Below, one piece after another: positions 22,900 through 34,889 of a DNA stretch of 64,000 nt. Under the pieces are notes generated by a model. The model saw only the letters and a program-made list of their open reading frames with translations. It ran no database searches and had not been told where the DNA came from. This DNA comes from Negaprion brevirostris (lineage: Eukaryota): the NCBI GenBank assembly GCA_030324005.1, contig JARDVH010000042.1:68395687-68459686 (forward strand), given 5' to 3'. The translations under genes were made by a program, and so were the position numbers. Position 1 is the stretch's first letter. Each line of letters opens with the position of its first letter.

Positions 22900-25115
22900 G
22901 GGGCACAGCACGGTGGCATAGCTCCAGGGACCTGGGTTCGATTCCTGGCTTGGGTCACTGTCTGTGCAGAGTCTGTTTTAAGTTTAAAATTCATTTGTTA
23001 GTGTCATAAGTAGGCTTACGTTAACATGCAATGAAGTTACTGTGAAAATCCCCTAGATACCACACGCTGGCACCCGTTTGGATACACTAAAAGAGAATTT
23101 AGCATGCAATATACCTAACCAACACATCTTTTGGGAGGAAACCCATGCTTACATGGGGAAAACATGCAGACTCCACACAGACAGTGACCCAAACTGGAAA
23201 TTGAACCTGGGTCACTGGCACTGTGAGGCAGCAGTGCTAACCACTGCTTGCATGTTCTCCCTGTGTGGATCCTGCAGGTGTTGGTTTCTGAAAATGGACC
23301 ACCCTTCATCAGCCAGGAATTCGTGCGATGCATGAAGTTGAGCAGAATTTGACATGTTAAGATAGTGTCATTGTTGTGAAACCTATCTAGTTCACTAATG
23401 TCCTTTAGGAAATGAGATCTGCTGTCCTTATCTGGTCTGGCCTACATGTGACACCATAGTCACATCAATGAACCCTTGCTGATAGGCAGAGAGATCTGGG
23501 TGTACAGGTACACAGGTCACTGAAAGTGGCAACTCAGGTAGCGAAGGTAGTCAAGAAGGTATACGGCATGATTGCCTTCATTGGCCAGGGCATTGAGTTT
23601 AAAAATTGGCAAGTCATGTTTTATAGAACCTTAGTTAGGCCACAGTTGGAATATAGTGTTCAATTCTGGTCGCCACACTACTGGAAGGATGTGGAGGCTT
23701 TGGAGAGGGTACAGAAAAGATTTAACAGGATGTTGCCTGGTATGGAGGGCATTAGCTATGAGGAGAGGTTGGAGAAACTTGGTTTGTTCTCACGAGAGGT
23801 GGAGGGGCGACCTGATAGAAATCTACTAGATTATGAGAGGCATGGACAGAGTGGATAGTCAGAAGCTTCTTCCCAGTGAGGAAGAGTCAATTACTCGGGG
23901 GCCTAGGTTTAAGGTGCGAGGGACACGNNNNNNNNNNNNNNNNNNNNNNNNNNNNNNNNNNNNNNNNNNNNNNNNNNNNNNNNNNNNNNNNNNNNNNNNN
24001 NNNNNNNNNNNNNNNNNNNNNNNNNNNNNNNNNNNNNNNNNNNNNNNNNNNNNNNNNNNNNNNNNNNNNNNNNNNNNNNNNNNNNNNNNNNNNNNNNNNN
24101 NNNNNNNNNNNNNNNNNNNNNNNNNNNNNNNNNNNNNNNNNNNNNNNNNNNNNNNNNNNNNNNNNNNNNNNNNNNNNNNNNNNNNNNNNNNNNNNNNNNN
24201 NNNNNNNNNNNNNNNNNNNNNNNNNNNNNNNNNNNNNNNNNNNNNNNNNNNNNNNNNNNNNNNNNNNNNNNNNNNNNNNNNNNNNNNNNNNNNNNNNNNN
24301 NNNNNNNNNNNNNNNNNNNNNNNNNNNNNNNNNNNNNNNNNNNNNNNNNNNNNNNNNNNNNNNNNNNNNNNNNNNNNNNNNNNNNNNNNNNNNNNNNNNN
24401 NNNNNNNNNNNNNNNNNNNNNNNNNNNNNNNNNNNNNNNNNNNNNNNNNNNNNNNNNNNNNNNNNNNNNNNNNNNNNNNNNNNNNNNNNNNNNNNNNNNN
24501 NNNNNNNNNNNNNNNNNNNNNNNNNNNNNNNNNNNNNNNNNNNNNNNNNNNNNNNNNNNNNNNNNNNNNNNNNNNNNNNNNNNNNNNNNNNNNNNNNNNN
24601 NNNNNNNNNNNNNNNNNNNNNNNNNNNNNNNNNNNNNNNNNNNNNNNNNNNNNNNNNNNNNNNNNNNNNNNNNNNNNTACAAGGCAGGTTTTTTACACAG
24701 AGGATGGTGGGTGCCTGGAACTCGCCACCAGGGGAGGTAGTGCAAGTGGATATGATAGCGACTTTTAAGGGGCATCTTGACAAATACATGAATAAGATGG
24801 GATGGAGGGATACGGTCCCCAGGAGGGTAGGCGGTTTTAGTTCAGTCGAACAGCATAGTCAGTGCAGGCTTAGAGGGCCAAAAGGCCTGTTCTTGTGCTG
24901 TAATTTTCTTTGTTCTTTGATCTGCGTGGGTTTCCTCCAGAATCTCCGTTTCCTCCCGCTGTCTGAAAGACATGCTACTTAGGGTGCATTGGCCATGCTA
25001 AATTCTCCTTCTGTATGCCAGAACAGGTGCAGGAGTGTGGTGACTGGGGGATTTTCATAGTAACTTCATTGCAGGGTTAATGTAAGCCTACTTATGACAC
25101 TAATAATTAAACTTT
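22900..25115. mobile_element. Nested SINE/SINE/CR1 cluster
   Basis: + SINE head 22900-22975, - SINE about 22975-23250, CR1 RT C-terminus about 23480-24920 (RTLVRPQLEYSVQFWSPHYWKDVEALERVQKRF), SINE body resumes at 24921-25115. Confidence 0.8.
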
Positions 25116-28100
25116 AAATATCAATTAAGGTGGACTTTGATATATTCAAGTGAGAAAGCAATTGCCCTGTAACTGAATTAACAGACCTTCATTGTGCAAA
25201 TCTGGTTAGTTATAGGATTCTGCTACAAAATTCAGGAGCACGTGGGTGGTGTTTGTAGTACACAAACCTCACCTAGTTGCACCAGGTCTTTTAGTCTTAA
25301 AAGGACAGCTACAAAATGGGTTCCAGAAAAAACCACAACACTGTTTTAATGTCATATTTTTGTGGAGCTAGAGTGAATAGTAATGGTTCCAGAGAAAACT
25401 GTGGTCTTCTTGTTACCCTTGGTTTTGTCCCCCCTCCCTCCTAGGACCCGCCTGCTTGCTAATTTGATTTGGTGCTGATAAACTTCCTCCTATCTACCAT
25501 GGGAATGTCCATTTGTGTTTACAGCTTTTTTCCATTCGGGTGAAACCTGATACTGAATTTGGCTTCATTTGCAGAGAAATTGCTATGGCTGTGCCAACTT
25601 GACACATGTTTCTCCTTTGACTTTTCAATACAAATATAGAGCTAATTTTCATCTTATTGCCATAGCTTTTCATCATTATTTTATGTTAAAATGTTCTGTT
25701 GATCATTTTAGGTCAGGAATTGTTTGTGCTGTATCAAGTATATCACTTCAATATTCCTGTGCACAAGGGTCTCTATTGTAACAAGCCACAATTACTCAGA
25801 GCAATCTGTCCAAAGTATGATTTAACAGCTGATGTGACCCAGTGGCCTTGTGTGCAGATAATGTCTCCAATGCTTAGGCAATGCCATGTTGCCTGTGAGA
25901 ACATTTCATTATGATTGGTTTCTTCTGCTGCTCACCCATATTGCTGTTACTGCCCACTTGGAGATCCTCTTGCCTTAGCGCCAGATTTAAGCTGCTATTG
26001 GGAAAGGGAAAGTCTACATCACAGGGATCGCTGGGTCTTTGTGGGCAGCTTTCTTTGAAATCAGTGACAAATGCTGAAGTACTGCTAAGGACATTGCTTC
26101 ATCATTGATCCAAAATCTGGACCGATACTCTCTTCAATTATATTTCTGGATATAAACATACTTTGTAACTTGAATATTTCAATAAAGAAATAATTATAGC
26201 TGTTTGTTCCAGNNNNNNNNNNNNNNNNNNNNNNNNNNNNNNNNNNNNNNNNNNNNNNNNNNNNNNNNNNNNNNNNNNNNNNNNNNNNNNNNNNNNNNNN
26301 NNNNNNNNNNNNNNNNNNNNNNNNNNNNNNNNNNNNNNNNNNNNNNNNNNNNNNNNNNNNNNNNNNNNNNNNNNNNNNNNNNNNNNNNNNNNNNNNNNNN
26401 NNNNNNNNNNNNNNNNNNNNNNNNNNNNNNNNNNNNNNTCCTCCTCACCCAGCAACATCAGCCAACCATCTACCCACCAATTGTTAGTACACCACAGTGC
26501 TTGATGCTGTTCTGGCTGAGGTCAAGCGCTCAAATACTAACCTCTTGAGGGCTTTTCTGTGTGTTGCCAGTGTACTGGTAAAACAGACTTTAAACTCTTG
26601 TCAGTGCAGTTACTGGTGCATGCATCATAGTCCCACTCAAATAAACCTGTCACAACATAGACTCACCGGGTAGCAAAGAGTACAAGGGCAGGCCTCTAGC
26701 TTTTATTCGAACAGCACTAAACGTGCACAGAGTACACAATTATTTCAGCATTATTGAGCAAGCCTAAGGACCTGAACCTCTGCTACATCAGATTTTCTTT
26801 AGTAATTTGCTGAAGTACTGCTAAGGACACTCTGAGGGCTTTAAATAGTAGCTGCAGTCAGGTTCCTTTCTGGGTTATTTAATTCACTTTTGTCACACGT
26901 TAAGTCTTGTGCAGTGGATGCTGAGATGGAGGTTTTTGTAATAACTGCCCACTTCTTTAACACATATGCTTTTGGAGATGGGGGTTTGAGGCCTATTTTT
27001 GTCAGTATCGTGAGACTTCCTCCAGTAATGTGATTTTTGCTTCAGTTGGAGTGCTTTGAATTTCATAGCATTTCAATAATATTCAGGAATCTTCCATTAT
27101 TTTTAGTTTATCTGCTACTCTTTGCATGACTAACTACTGGCATCTTTTAAATCGAGTACCAAGTCTTTTCATTTTTAGTCTGGGTCTTTTGGTGCTTTTA
27201 AAACTGCAATGTTTCTTACANNNNNNNNNNTTTAAACTACTTACATGAATTACAATCCAAATCAGTCCCCCACAACCTGTGATTCTCTTCTAGTTTAGCC
27301 ATGAGTTTGGAGCAAATGGAAATTGAAATCATTATAAACGTTTATAGGGCTGAGACAAAAGAATATCCAGAGCCACCATGTTCATTAGATTTGAAGTTTT
27401 AGGTTTATTTAACGAGTTACAAATATAACTCCAAATTCTTTGCAAAACTGGCATTTCATTTACTTTACTGAACATTTGTGTTTGTCCCTGTTGGATTTGT
27501 TGGTTGACTATATATTGGTGGATATGGGTATTGGACCAATAAAAAGACACTTATCACACCCCAACTTTCAGTTGATCACTAAAGGGAAACAGCAGTATAG
27601 CTTCATTGTATATTATTTGAAAGAAAAAAAGTGATTCAAAATTGCAAATGCAGTGTAAAGGTTTTAATATTGCCATAAACAAAATGTAATGCCTGTATGT
27701 AATGAATATTTATAAATGGGTATTTGGGTCTAATTATTAAACTGTCCCATAACAGGCAGAGAAGATGTGGGTGATTATTTAAAATCTGGGAAAAAAAATT
27801 CCTAACCTGCCTTGCCATTTTTGTGGAATACTTAATTAACATATTTAAATCAAAGCTTCCAACATGCAATTGGCAACCTGATTTAAATTTAATTGTTGCA
27901 ATGTGGGTTCCCAGGGCTCAGGAAACTTGGCAGTAAAAGAGAGGTGGGAGCTGCTGGCTTAGGAGTTTCAGTGTCTTTTACAGCTCTCTTTTTGGATCAT
28001 GTGAAGCAGGAGAGCTTCCCTGGCTTACCAAGATAGTCTCTGGCCTTGCCTTTGCTGATCTTGGCTTATCCCTATCCTTGCCAACCCCACTGCCATCAGC

Positions 28101-28772
28101 ACCTCCCGTCCTGCTTTCCAACAAGACTTCTCACTCCCATCCGAATGTCCTTGTTTGTTCCTCCTCCTTCCTACTCCTGCTGCATCCCTGTCTCACTCCC
28201 TATTACAGTAAAAAGTCTGACAACACCAGGTTTTAGTCCAACCGATTTATTTGATAATAGACTCACAAGCTTTCGGGGTTNNNNNNNNNNNNNNNNNNNN
28301 NNNNNNNNNNNNNNNNNNNNNNNNNNNNNNNNNNNNNNNNNNNNNNNNNNNNNNNNNNNNNNNNNNNNNNNNNNNNNNNNGCCCTGCTCTTGCCTTCCCA
28401 ATTGCTGAGGAACATTCCCAAGGGTTCCTGGCTTACGTCTCTTGCTGTTGCTTTTCCTGCATGGTAGCCCACCAGTCTATTGATTTTGCTGGCAACTGGA
28501 TGGAAAAAGGGAAAAAGAAATGTCCTTCTGTTAAATTTGGCGCAACTTCCACGTTCCATGAACTTGTCAAAGTTTTCCTCACACTTACCCTATAAGTATC
28601 AAGATGGAAGTCTGTAAGAAAGTGGAAAAGCCAGCAGTACAAATCTTGCTACTTTAGTTGCACAAATGCATTTTTAATAATCATGCAGGTGATTTCATGT
28701 GCTTTTTCTAGTTTCTTGTATTTGACCTAATTTCTTCATGCATTATGTTCATACAAGTTCATTTGTCCACAG

Positions 28773-28956
28773 CAGCAGCAACAGCTACAAGCCCAACATC
28801 TCTCCCATGGTCATGCACTTCCAGTACCCCTCACACCGCATCCGTCTGGACTCCAACCCCCAGGAATCCCATCAGTTGGAAGCAGTGCAGGACTACTGGC
28901 GTTATCAAGTGCTATGAAAGATGAGAAAAAACACCATGACACAGACCACCAAAGAG
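28773..28956 (+). CDS. TLE4: TLE4 (Groucho family co-repressor) coding exon, GP domain
   Basis: AG|exon|GTAACC; translates [61 protein letters not shown], close to recalled vertebrate TLE4; 184 nt, ends in phase 1. Confidence 0.95.
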
Positions 28957-29228
28957 GTAACCAATGCTTGAAATTGCAATTGATTTAAGATCTGTAATTT
29001 AGAAATGGGAACTTGGTTGTTCATATTTTCTGTCTTTAGGAATATAACATCAGGAGTAGACCATTCAGCCTCTCAGACCTGCTCTGACATTGAATTAGAT
29101 CATGGCCAATCTTGATTGTAGATCTGTCTATTTGCCATAGGGTTCTGTTCCCTTAGTTTCCTTGCCTAACAAAAATCTATCAACTTTGTTTAAAAATATT
29201 TCAGTTGAAAGTGTAATTCTTTCCCTTC

Positions 29229-30217
29229 TGTTATAATCCTGTTAGAGACTGTTAACATTTAAACAGAAATTTGAACACCCCACAATCAACCAACAGACCT
29301 ACACCACAAAATTAAGCATTTTAAAAAACAAAAACAAACTTTAATGTATATAAGAATTTGACAAAGCAAACACTGTAAACTTAACATGATAGCTTATAAT
29401 TACTTATGCAATGAATTCAGTTTTACTTCTTTCCCCAAGAAATCCCTTATATATTGCAACAAATTCATTCACTTCCTTAGGGACTAACCCAAAATGTGTG
29501 CCATAGTCCTCTGGAGTTTACTTTAACTTTTCTCAGTGTTCCAGCTGTCCTTCAAGGTAAGATTCTATGGGATCCTCCCTGTAGATTTTTGGCCACATGA
29601 CCCCTTCACCTTTTCCTTATAGACCTCATGACCGTGGATGCCTCAGCTCCTTGTTGTCGGCAGATACCCAGCTTTCTGCCACAAGGTTCCGTGATGATCA
29701 TTATAGATTTCTTCCATTAGCTGTGAGCAAGAGCAAATATTTCAACTGCTCTTCCCTGGCAAAATCCAAACTGAACTCCTTGTTTCTGTCAAAAAACACA
29801 CTCAAGTTACTTTGTTTAAAATATCTTGTATCCTCATAGCCTGTATCTGTGATAATGTGGCTTGCTGTGGGATGGTCTCCAACTGAAATCTAAACAAATT
29901 ATTTCATTTTCAACACAACTCTTTGGTTCATCTGAATATCCATCTGAACAGTTTTTTTAAATCTAGAATGGAGTTTTATGAACCATTTTCCAGAATTGCT
30001 TGCTTTTAGCTTTTTTATGGACATAATGATAGGTACCCAGAGGTCATCCATTGTTCTTTTTCACTATTAATTCTGAACCTCTGATATGCCTTTGCATGAG
30101 GGTTGTTTGTCAGTTTCATAACCAGTTTGTCCATTTCTTACCTTACATTTGAAACTTTAATTTCTAAAACTGAAATTATGTTCCAGAACATGAATTATGA
30201 ACCAGATTTTTGCAACA
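29229..30217. mobile_element. Candidate solo LTR (about 990 bp)
   Basis: Starts TGTTATAA and ends TTGCAACA (imperfect TG...CA inverted termini); flanks cttc / cctc resemble a 4-bp target duplication with one mismatch. Confidence 0.45.
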
Positions 30218-30939
30218 CCTCACATTTCTTCAATGCAGTTTTTCAGATTAAGAACTAGCTTCCTGAAGTTGTAATGTGTTATTTTATTAAAGGCGTCCAA
30301 CATATAAAAGGTTGCCTTGAAAAAAGCATTTGAGTAATTATGAAATGAAGCAAAACTAGAGATTATCAATATAAAATAGTCATCAAGTAATTTAAGAAAC
30401 TTCTTCACCCAGACAGTAATGAAAATATGGAACTCTACCACAGGGAGTACTTAAAGTGAATAGTATAGGTGTGTTTAAGGGGAAGCTAGATAATCATTTC
30501 AGTGAGAAGAGAATGGAAGGTTATGCTGATAGTTGGATAAGGTAGCATGGGAAAAAGCTTGAATGAAGTATACAGGCTTGGCATGGTCCAGTTGGGTTCA
30601 GTGGCCTGTTGTGTGCTTTATTGTTTTGTGTAATTCTATGGTAAAAACACAAACTGTGGGTTTCTGGACTAGGAGAGACTGGATAATTTATTTTCAGTCA
30701 TGCAGTCTTAGTATCTGTATTGCATGTTATTCCAACTAGAGAGCATTTGCATTACATTCAGTGTCACACATCATAGCTAGCCTTATCTCAAAAGAGCGGG
30801 AATGCAGTAGCTACTTGATGCCAAAGAGGAGGATTGATGTATATTCATGCAGTTTGGATTAGTCATGAAGAAAACACTACAAACTAATTAGATTAGTCAA
30901 TCTACAATTCCTCTGGATAAATTGAGAATTCTATAAAAT

Positions 30940-31245
30940 GGGTGGCATGGTGGCACAGTCGTTAGCATTGCTGCCTCACGGTGCCAGGCACCCAGTTTCA
31001 ATGCCAGCTTGGATCACAGTCCGTATGGAGTTTGCATATTCTCCACGTGTCTGTGTCTTTACCCCGAGTCCTCCATTTCCTCCCATGGTCCAAAGGCGTG
31101 TGGGTTAGGTTGATTGGCCATGCTAAATTTCCTCTTAGCGTCAGGGGGCTAGCAGAGTAAATACATGTGGTTATGGGCCTGGGTGGAATGCAGGCTCAAT
31201 GGTCCGACTGGGCTCCTTCTACACTGTATGTGTTCTATAATTCTA
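30940..31245 (+). mobile_element. Full-length shark tRNA-derived SINE (HE1-like)
   Basis: A-box-like ggtggcacagtcgttagca, B-box-like cagtttcaatgcc, conserved core and CR1-like tail. Confidence 0.8.
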
Positions 31246-33056
31246 ACTAAGCTACAGCATATTTATTTTTTCTGATGAATATTTGGAGATACATGCTGAG
31301 AACAGTTTTCCGATCAATCTCTATCTTGCTGTTTTATTTATATTTCTTTATTATTGTGCAAAATAAGTTTTTTTCATAGTCAGAGCACTTTTGTTGCCCA
31401 TTACAGCAATGAAGAATCAAATTTGCCATGTTAAAGCAATTTCATAACTCCTTTACCCCACATGGTTGCCTCTGATGAAGATAGTGTAAATACCCTAGTA
31501 TTAGTGCTTTCGGAAGACATCAAGATCCTCTTGGGAGAGAACTTTTAGGGGACTTTGATAGAGCCAATAATGAAACTACGTGATATCCCAAAAGTGGCAC
31601 TTGCATCTAGTCTACTAATAGTGGGTGACAGATGTGTTGCACCTCCTTATCTTATCCCTTGTATGGCAGCTTTTCACATTTGCCATTACTGGCCAGTATG
31701 AGGTGCTGGAAGCATCTGCTTAGTTTGATTCATTATTGTTATGTCTGCTCATTAGTAATGGGAATGATTCACCTGCAAGGAAAGCTGATTCACTCACCAA
31801 AAATGATTTTATTGGCAACAACCTTGAGTGTAAGGTTGTGGAGTTACCTGATTTCTTTGCTAATCAATGGATAGAGATACAAGGATTGGTTTTAAAAAGT
31901 AACAAGTGTTCAGTAAAATTGAAAAAAAAGTACCAGTCTGCAATATTTTAAATTGAAGGTATGATTTCTTGCATATCAAATGATTCTGTTGATTCATAGA
32001 AAATAAATGCTTTAAGTGAAATGTACTACCACTGTACTTAGATTGACTTTTAAGTAATTCTAGTGGCAGTATATTTCACTTAAGCGACGAGTTTATGTTG
32101 AGAGAATTAGTCATAAGATAAATGAATAACCACAAGTTCATATCACTACACTGTAAGTGCTTCCCTTGCTTCATCATGCTCAGCAATGTAATGCCCAGTT
32201 CAAGCTTGTAAGTAGGATCCAAATGATTTTTAAAAATGTGGTTACTATGTTGTTTGACTTTCAAAACCACAAATATAGTGGAATCACAAAAAGCAAAACA
32301 ATATCCACTTGTAGGTTTTGTAAATTCATAGGCAAAAAATCCAAGAGCCATGGCACTTAGTGCAGTTGTAAAAAATAACTTCACTATTGTTCCCTTTACT
32401 TTCGCTTTGCTGTGCACATCCATTTGTTGAACTCCACATCCCTTTAAGATTACCAGGTCATGCTTTATCACGCACCTAACTTAAAGGGGCCCGTGTCATG
32501 CATGACCTGTTTGTATCTTGTTTTGTTGGAATAGGATTGCTGCATAATTGCACATCCATGAAGCTAGAGGGAACAGTGCTGCCATACTGCAGTAGCCTTG
32601 TCTACTCTGTCATGAGTTTTACAGCATTTCATTACTTATACTTATGGTATTTGCAAATAAACATTGTGGGACCAATTTTAATAAGCTGGTTGTTTTTGAG
32701 TGAGTTGAATCTTATCCTGTGCATCTGAGAGGATGGGAGAGACTACAGATTTCATCATTCCTCCTTAACCCCCAGCTCTCTTTCTGTGTTGAACTATGTT
32801 GGGTTAACTGAGGTACTTAGCACTAGAAAATGACCAAATATTTATTTACACTGCACTGTCTGGAAGTTGGTTTCGAGCTCACATTAGTGAAACAGCGTAG
32901 CTGGTGATTGACATAAAATGACAATGATGATGATGATAACAGTGGCTTGTTTTCTCTTCCAACCTCTCCCCCTCCCTCCCAACCTACGATTTTTCCTCAA
33001 TTTGTGCCTTCTTGCAACCGTGTCATTTTTTAACGATGTGGCTTCGATGGGAACAG

Positions 33057-33073
33057 ACAGAGACTCAGTAAAG
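33057..33073 (+). CDS. TLE4: TLE4 17-nt micro-exon (DRDSVK)
   Basis: AACAG|ACAGAGACTCAGTAAAG|GTAAGT; with the upstream G gives D-R-D-S-V-K (recalled human TLE4 DRDSIK) and restores phase 0 for the next exon. Confidence 0.92.
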
Positions 33074-34889
33074 GTAAGTTGTTTCAACTGTATTTTATTC
33101 TCCAAAAGGAATTAAAAATAAGGTCTGTTGATGACTTTCTGCTTCTGCATTTTGGTTTTTCAGTTATATCTTTCTACATCTTCTAATATTACCATAGTAT
33201 CATACCTCTCGAATGCTTTGGTCAGCAGCATTGCAAACATTAATTTTAGACCAGCGCCTATAGGCATTTTTATATATGAGGCGACATATCAAGAAACCAA
33301 TGGTTCCTTAGTGGGAAATCCATGACCGCATAGAATCAGTTCTTTCCTTTTTAGTATACCACCACACTGTTGGCCCATGTTGGTGGGTGAGTAGGAAATA
33401 AATGTTTGTTCTTCTTGCCTTTGTGGTTAGATCCTGGGAGTTGGGCAAGCTTGACATTATGGAAGGTGTATACTTAACCTTTGTTAGATTTTAATGTGCC
33501 AGTGGTGGGAGTGTATTGAGCAGCTGCTGCCAATGATGCACAGAAGAACAACTAAAATTGCTTTATTCTGTTTCTGGTGTGGGTTAACTGGCAAAAAGTG
33601 GCTTTTTAATTGACAAAATTGATGTCCAAACTGAACAGCAATTAGTTAAAATTGTACTTAAATTAAGTATTTTGCCATAAGATTAAGGCTGGAATTCTTG
33701 GCTGTTCATTGGTGGCGATCTCTGGTCTGCTGGCAATGCACCCCTGCCACAGGTTTCTCAGTGGCATGGGATGGCTACAATATAAAATCCCATTGACAAC
33801 AGCAGGATGAGAAGATCCCGTTGCTAGCAAATGGCCTTCTGTTGCCAGGGAACTCATGATGGGAGGCTGGAAAGTGCTGGCGTTTGATCAAAAGTAGCTA
33901 AGTGTGACTGCTTCATTAAGATGTGACTTATTGAAAGTGTGAATATATTTAGAGGAAGAACTTGAATTAATAGAGCAACCTATCGCTGTCTTTGAAGCAT
34001 TTAAAGTGCTTTAAAACCAATTAATTAATTTTTTTCAGCAGTGGTGGTGGTGTGCCACTTTCTTGGACCATTGTATCCATCTGATACATGTGCACCCACA
34101 GTATTGTCAAGAAGGAAATTCCAGAATTTTGATGCAGCGACAAGTGAAAGAACAGTGATATAGTTCTAATTCATAATGATGGAATGGAACTTGCAGGTAG
34201 TGGTCCCAAGCCACTTGGGAGCAGGTCAAGGATCTATTCATCTCCTGAAATCTATGGAGTAGATAGGTCTTTGTGGGAAACCTGTAGAATTGGGATGATG
34301 GCATGTGACTGCCTTATGCCTCTTCTGAATTCCCAGCTCACACTCAAACTGTTATTTGGCACAGTGAGCAAGTTGCAGGTGATGTGACCATAGGTGTCTT
34401 GATATCCACCCCAACCTGCCCTTTTTGACTTTCTGTATTCAGTCACCCTTGAACTGCTGTGTGCTTAGTCACTCAAAGAGGGAGAGAAAAAAAAACACAG
34501 GACTGATGAATGAGCACATCACTTGATCTGATAGTCAAAGTTAGCAACTTAGATGCTGGCATTGAAGTACAGTGCAGATTAGTATAGAGTTGGGATCGAC
34601 ACATGGTTTATCAGCTGCAGCCAGGCCAGGAGTAAAGAATAACTCATTTGTCAATTCTCTGGCCAGCATAGTCACACACAAATTCTACTACAGATGACTT
34701 GGATAAGTCCTCAATGGGATTGAATAAAGGAAAATACTGATGGGCCTGTAGACCTATAGGCTAGTCTGCTGGACATTCTCCAATCACTGTCATAGTAAAT
34801 TGAAAGGAAAGTAGGTACTTGCATTTGTCTATCATTTTCATGACCACTGAACCTCTCCAAGTGCTTCAAAAGCATTAAGGATGGGCTGA

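Noticed and set aside
23526-23858. 110-aa ORF resembling a protein-coding gene
   Set aside because: It is the C-terminus of CR1 reverse transcriptase, not a host gene
1-28772. Search for upstream TLE4 Q-domain exons (e.g. HQQQV..ELNAIIG)
   Set aside because: Not found by eye; probably upstream of the window or inside a gap
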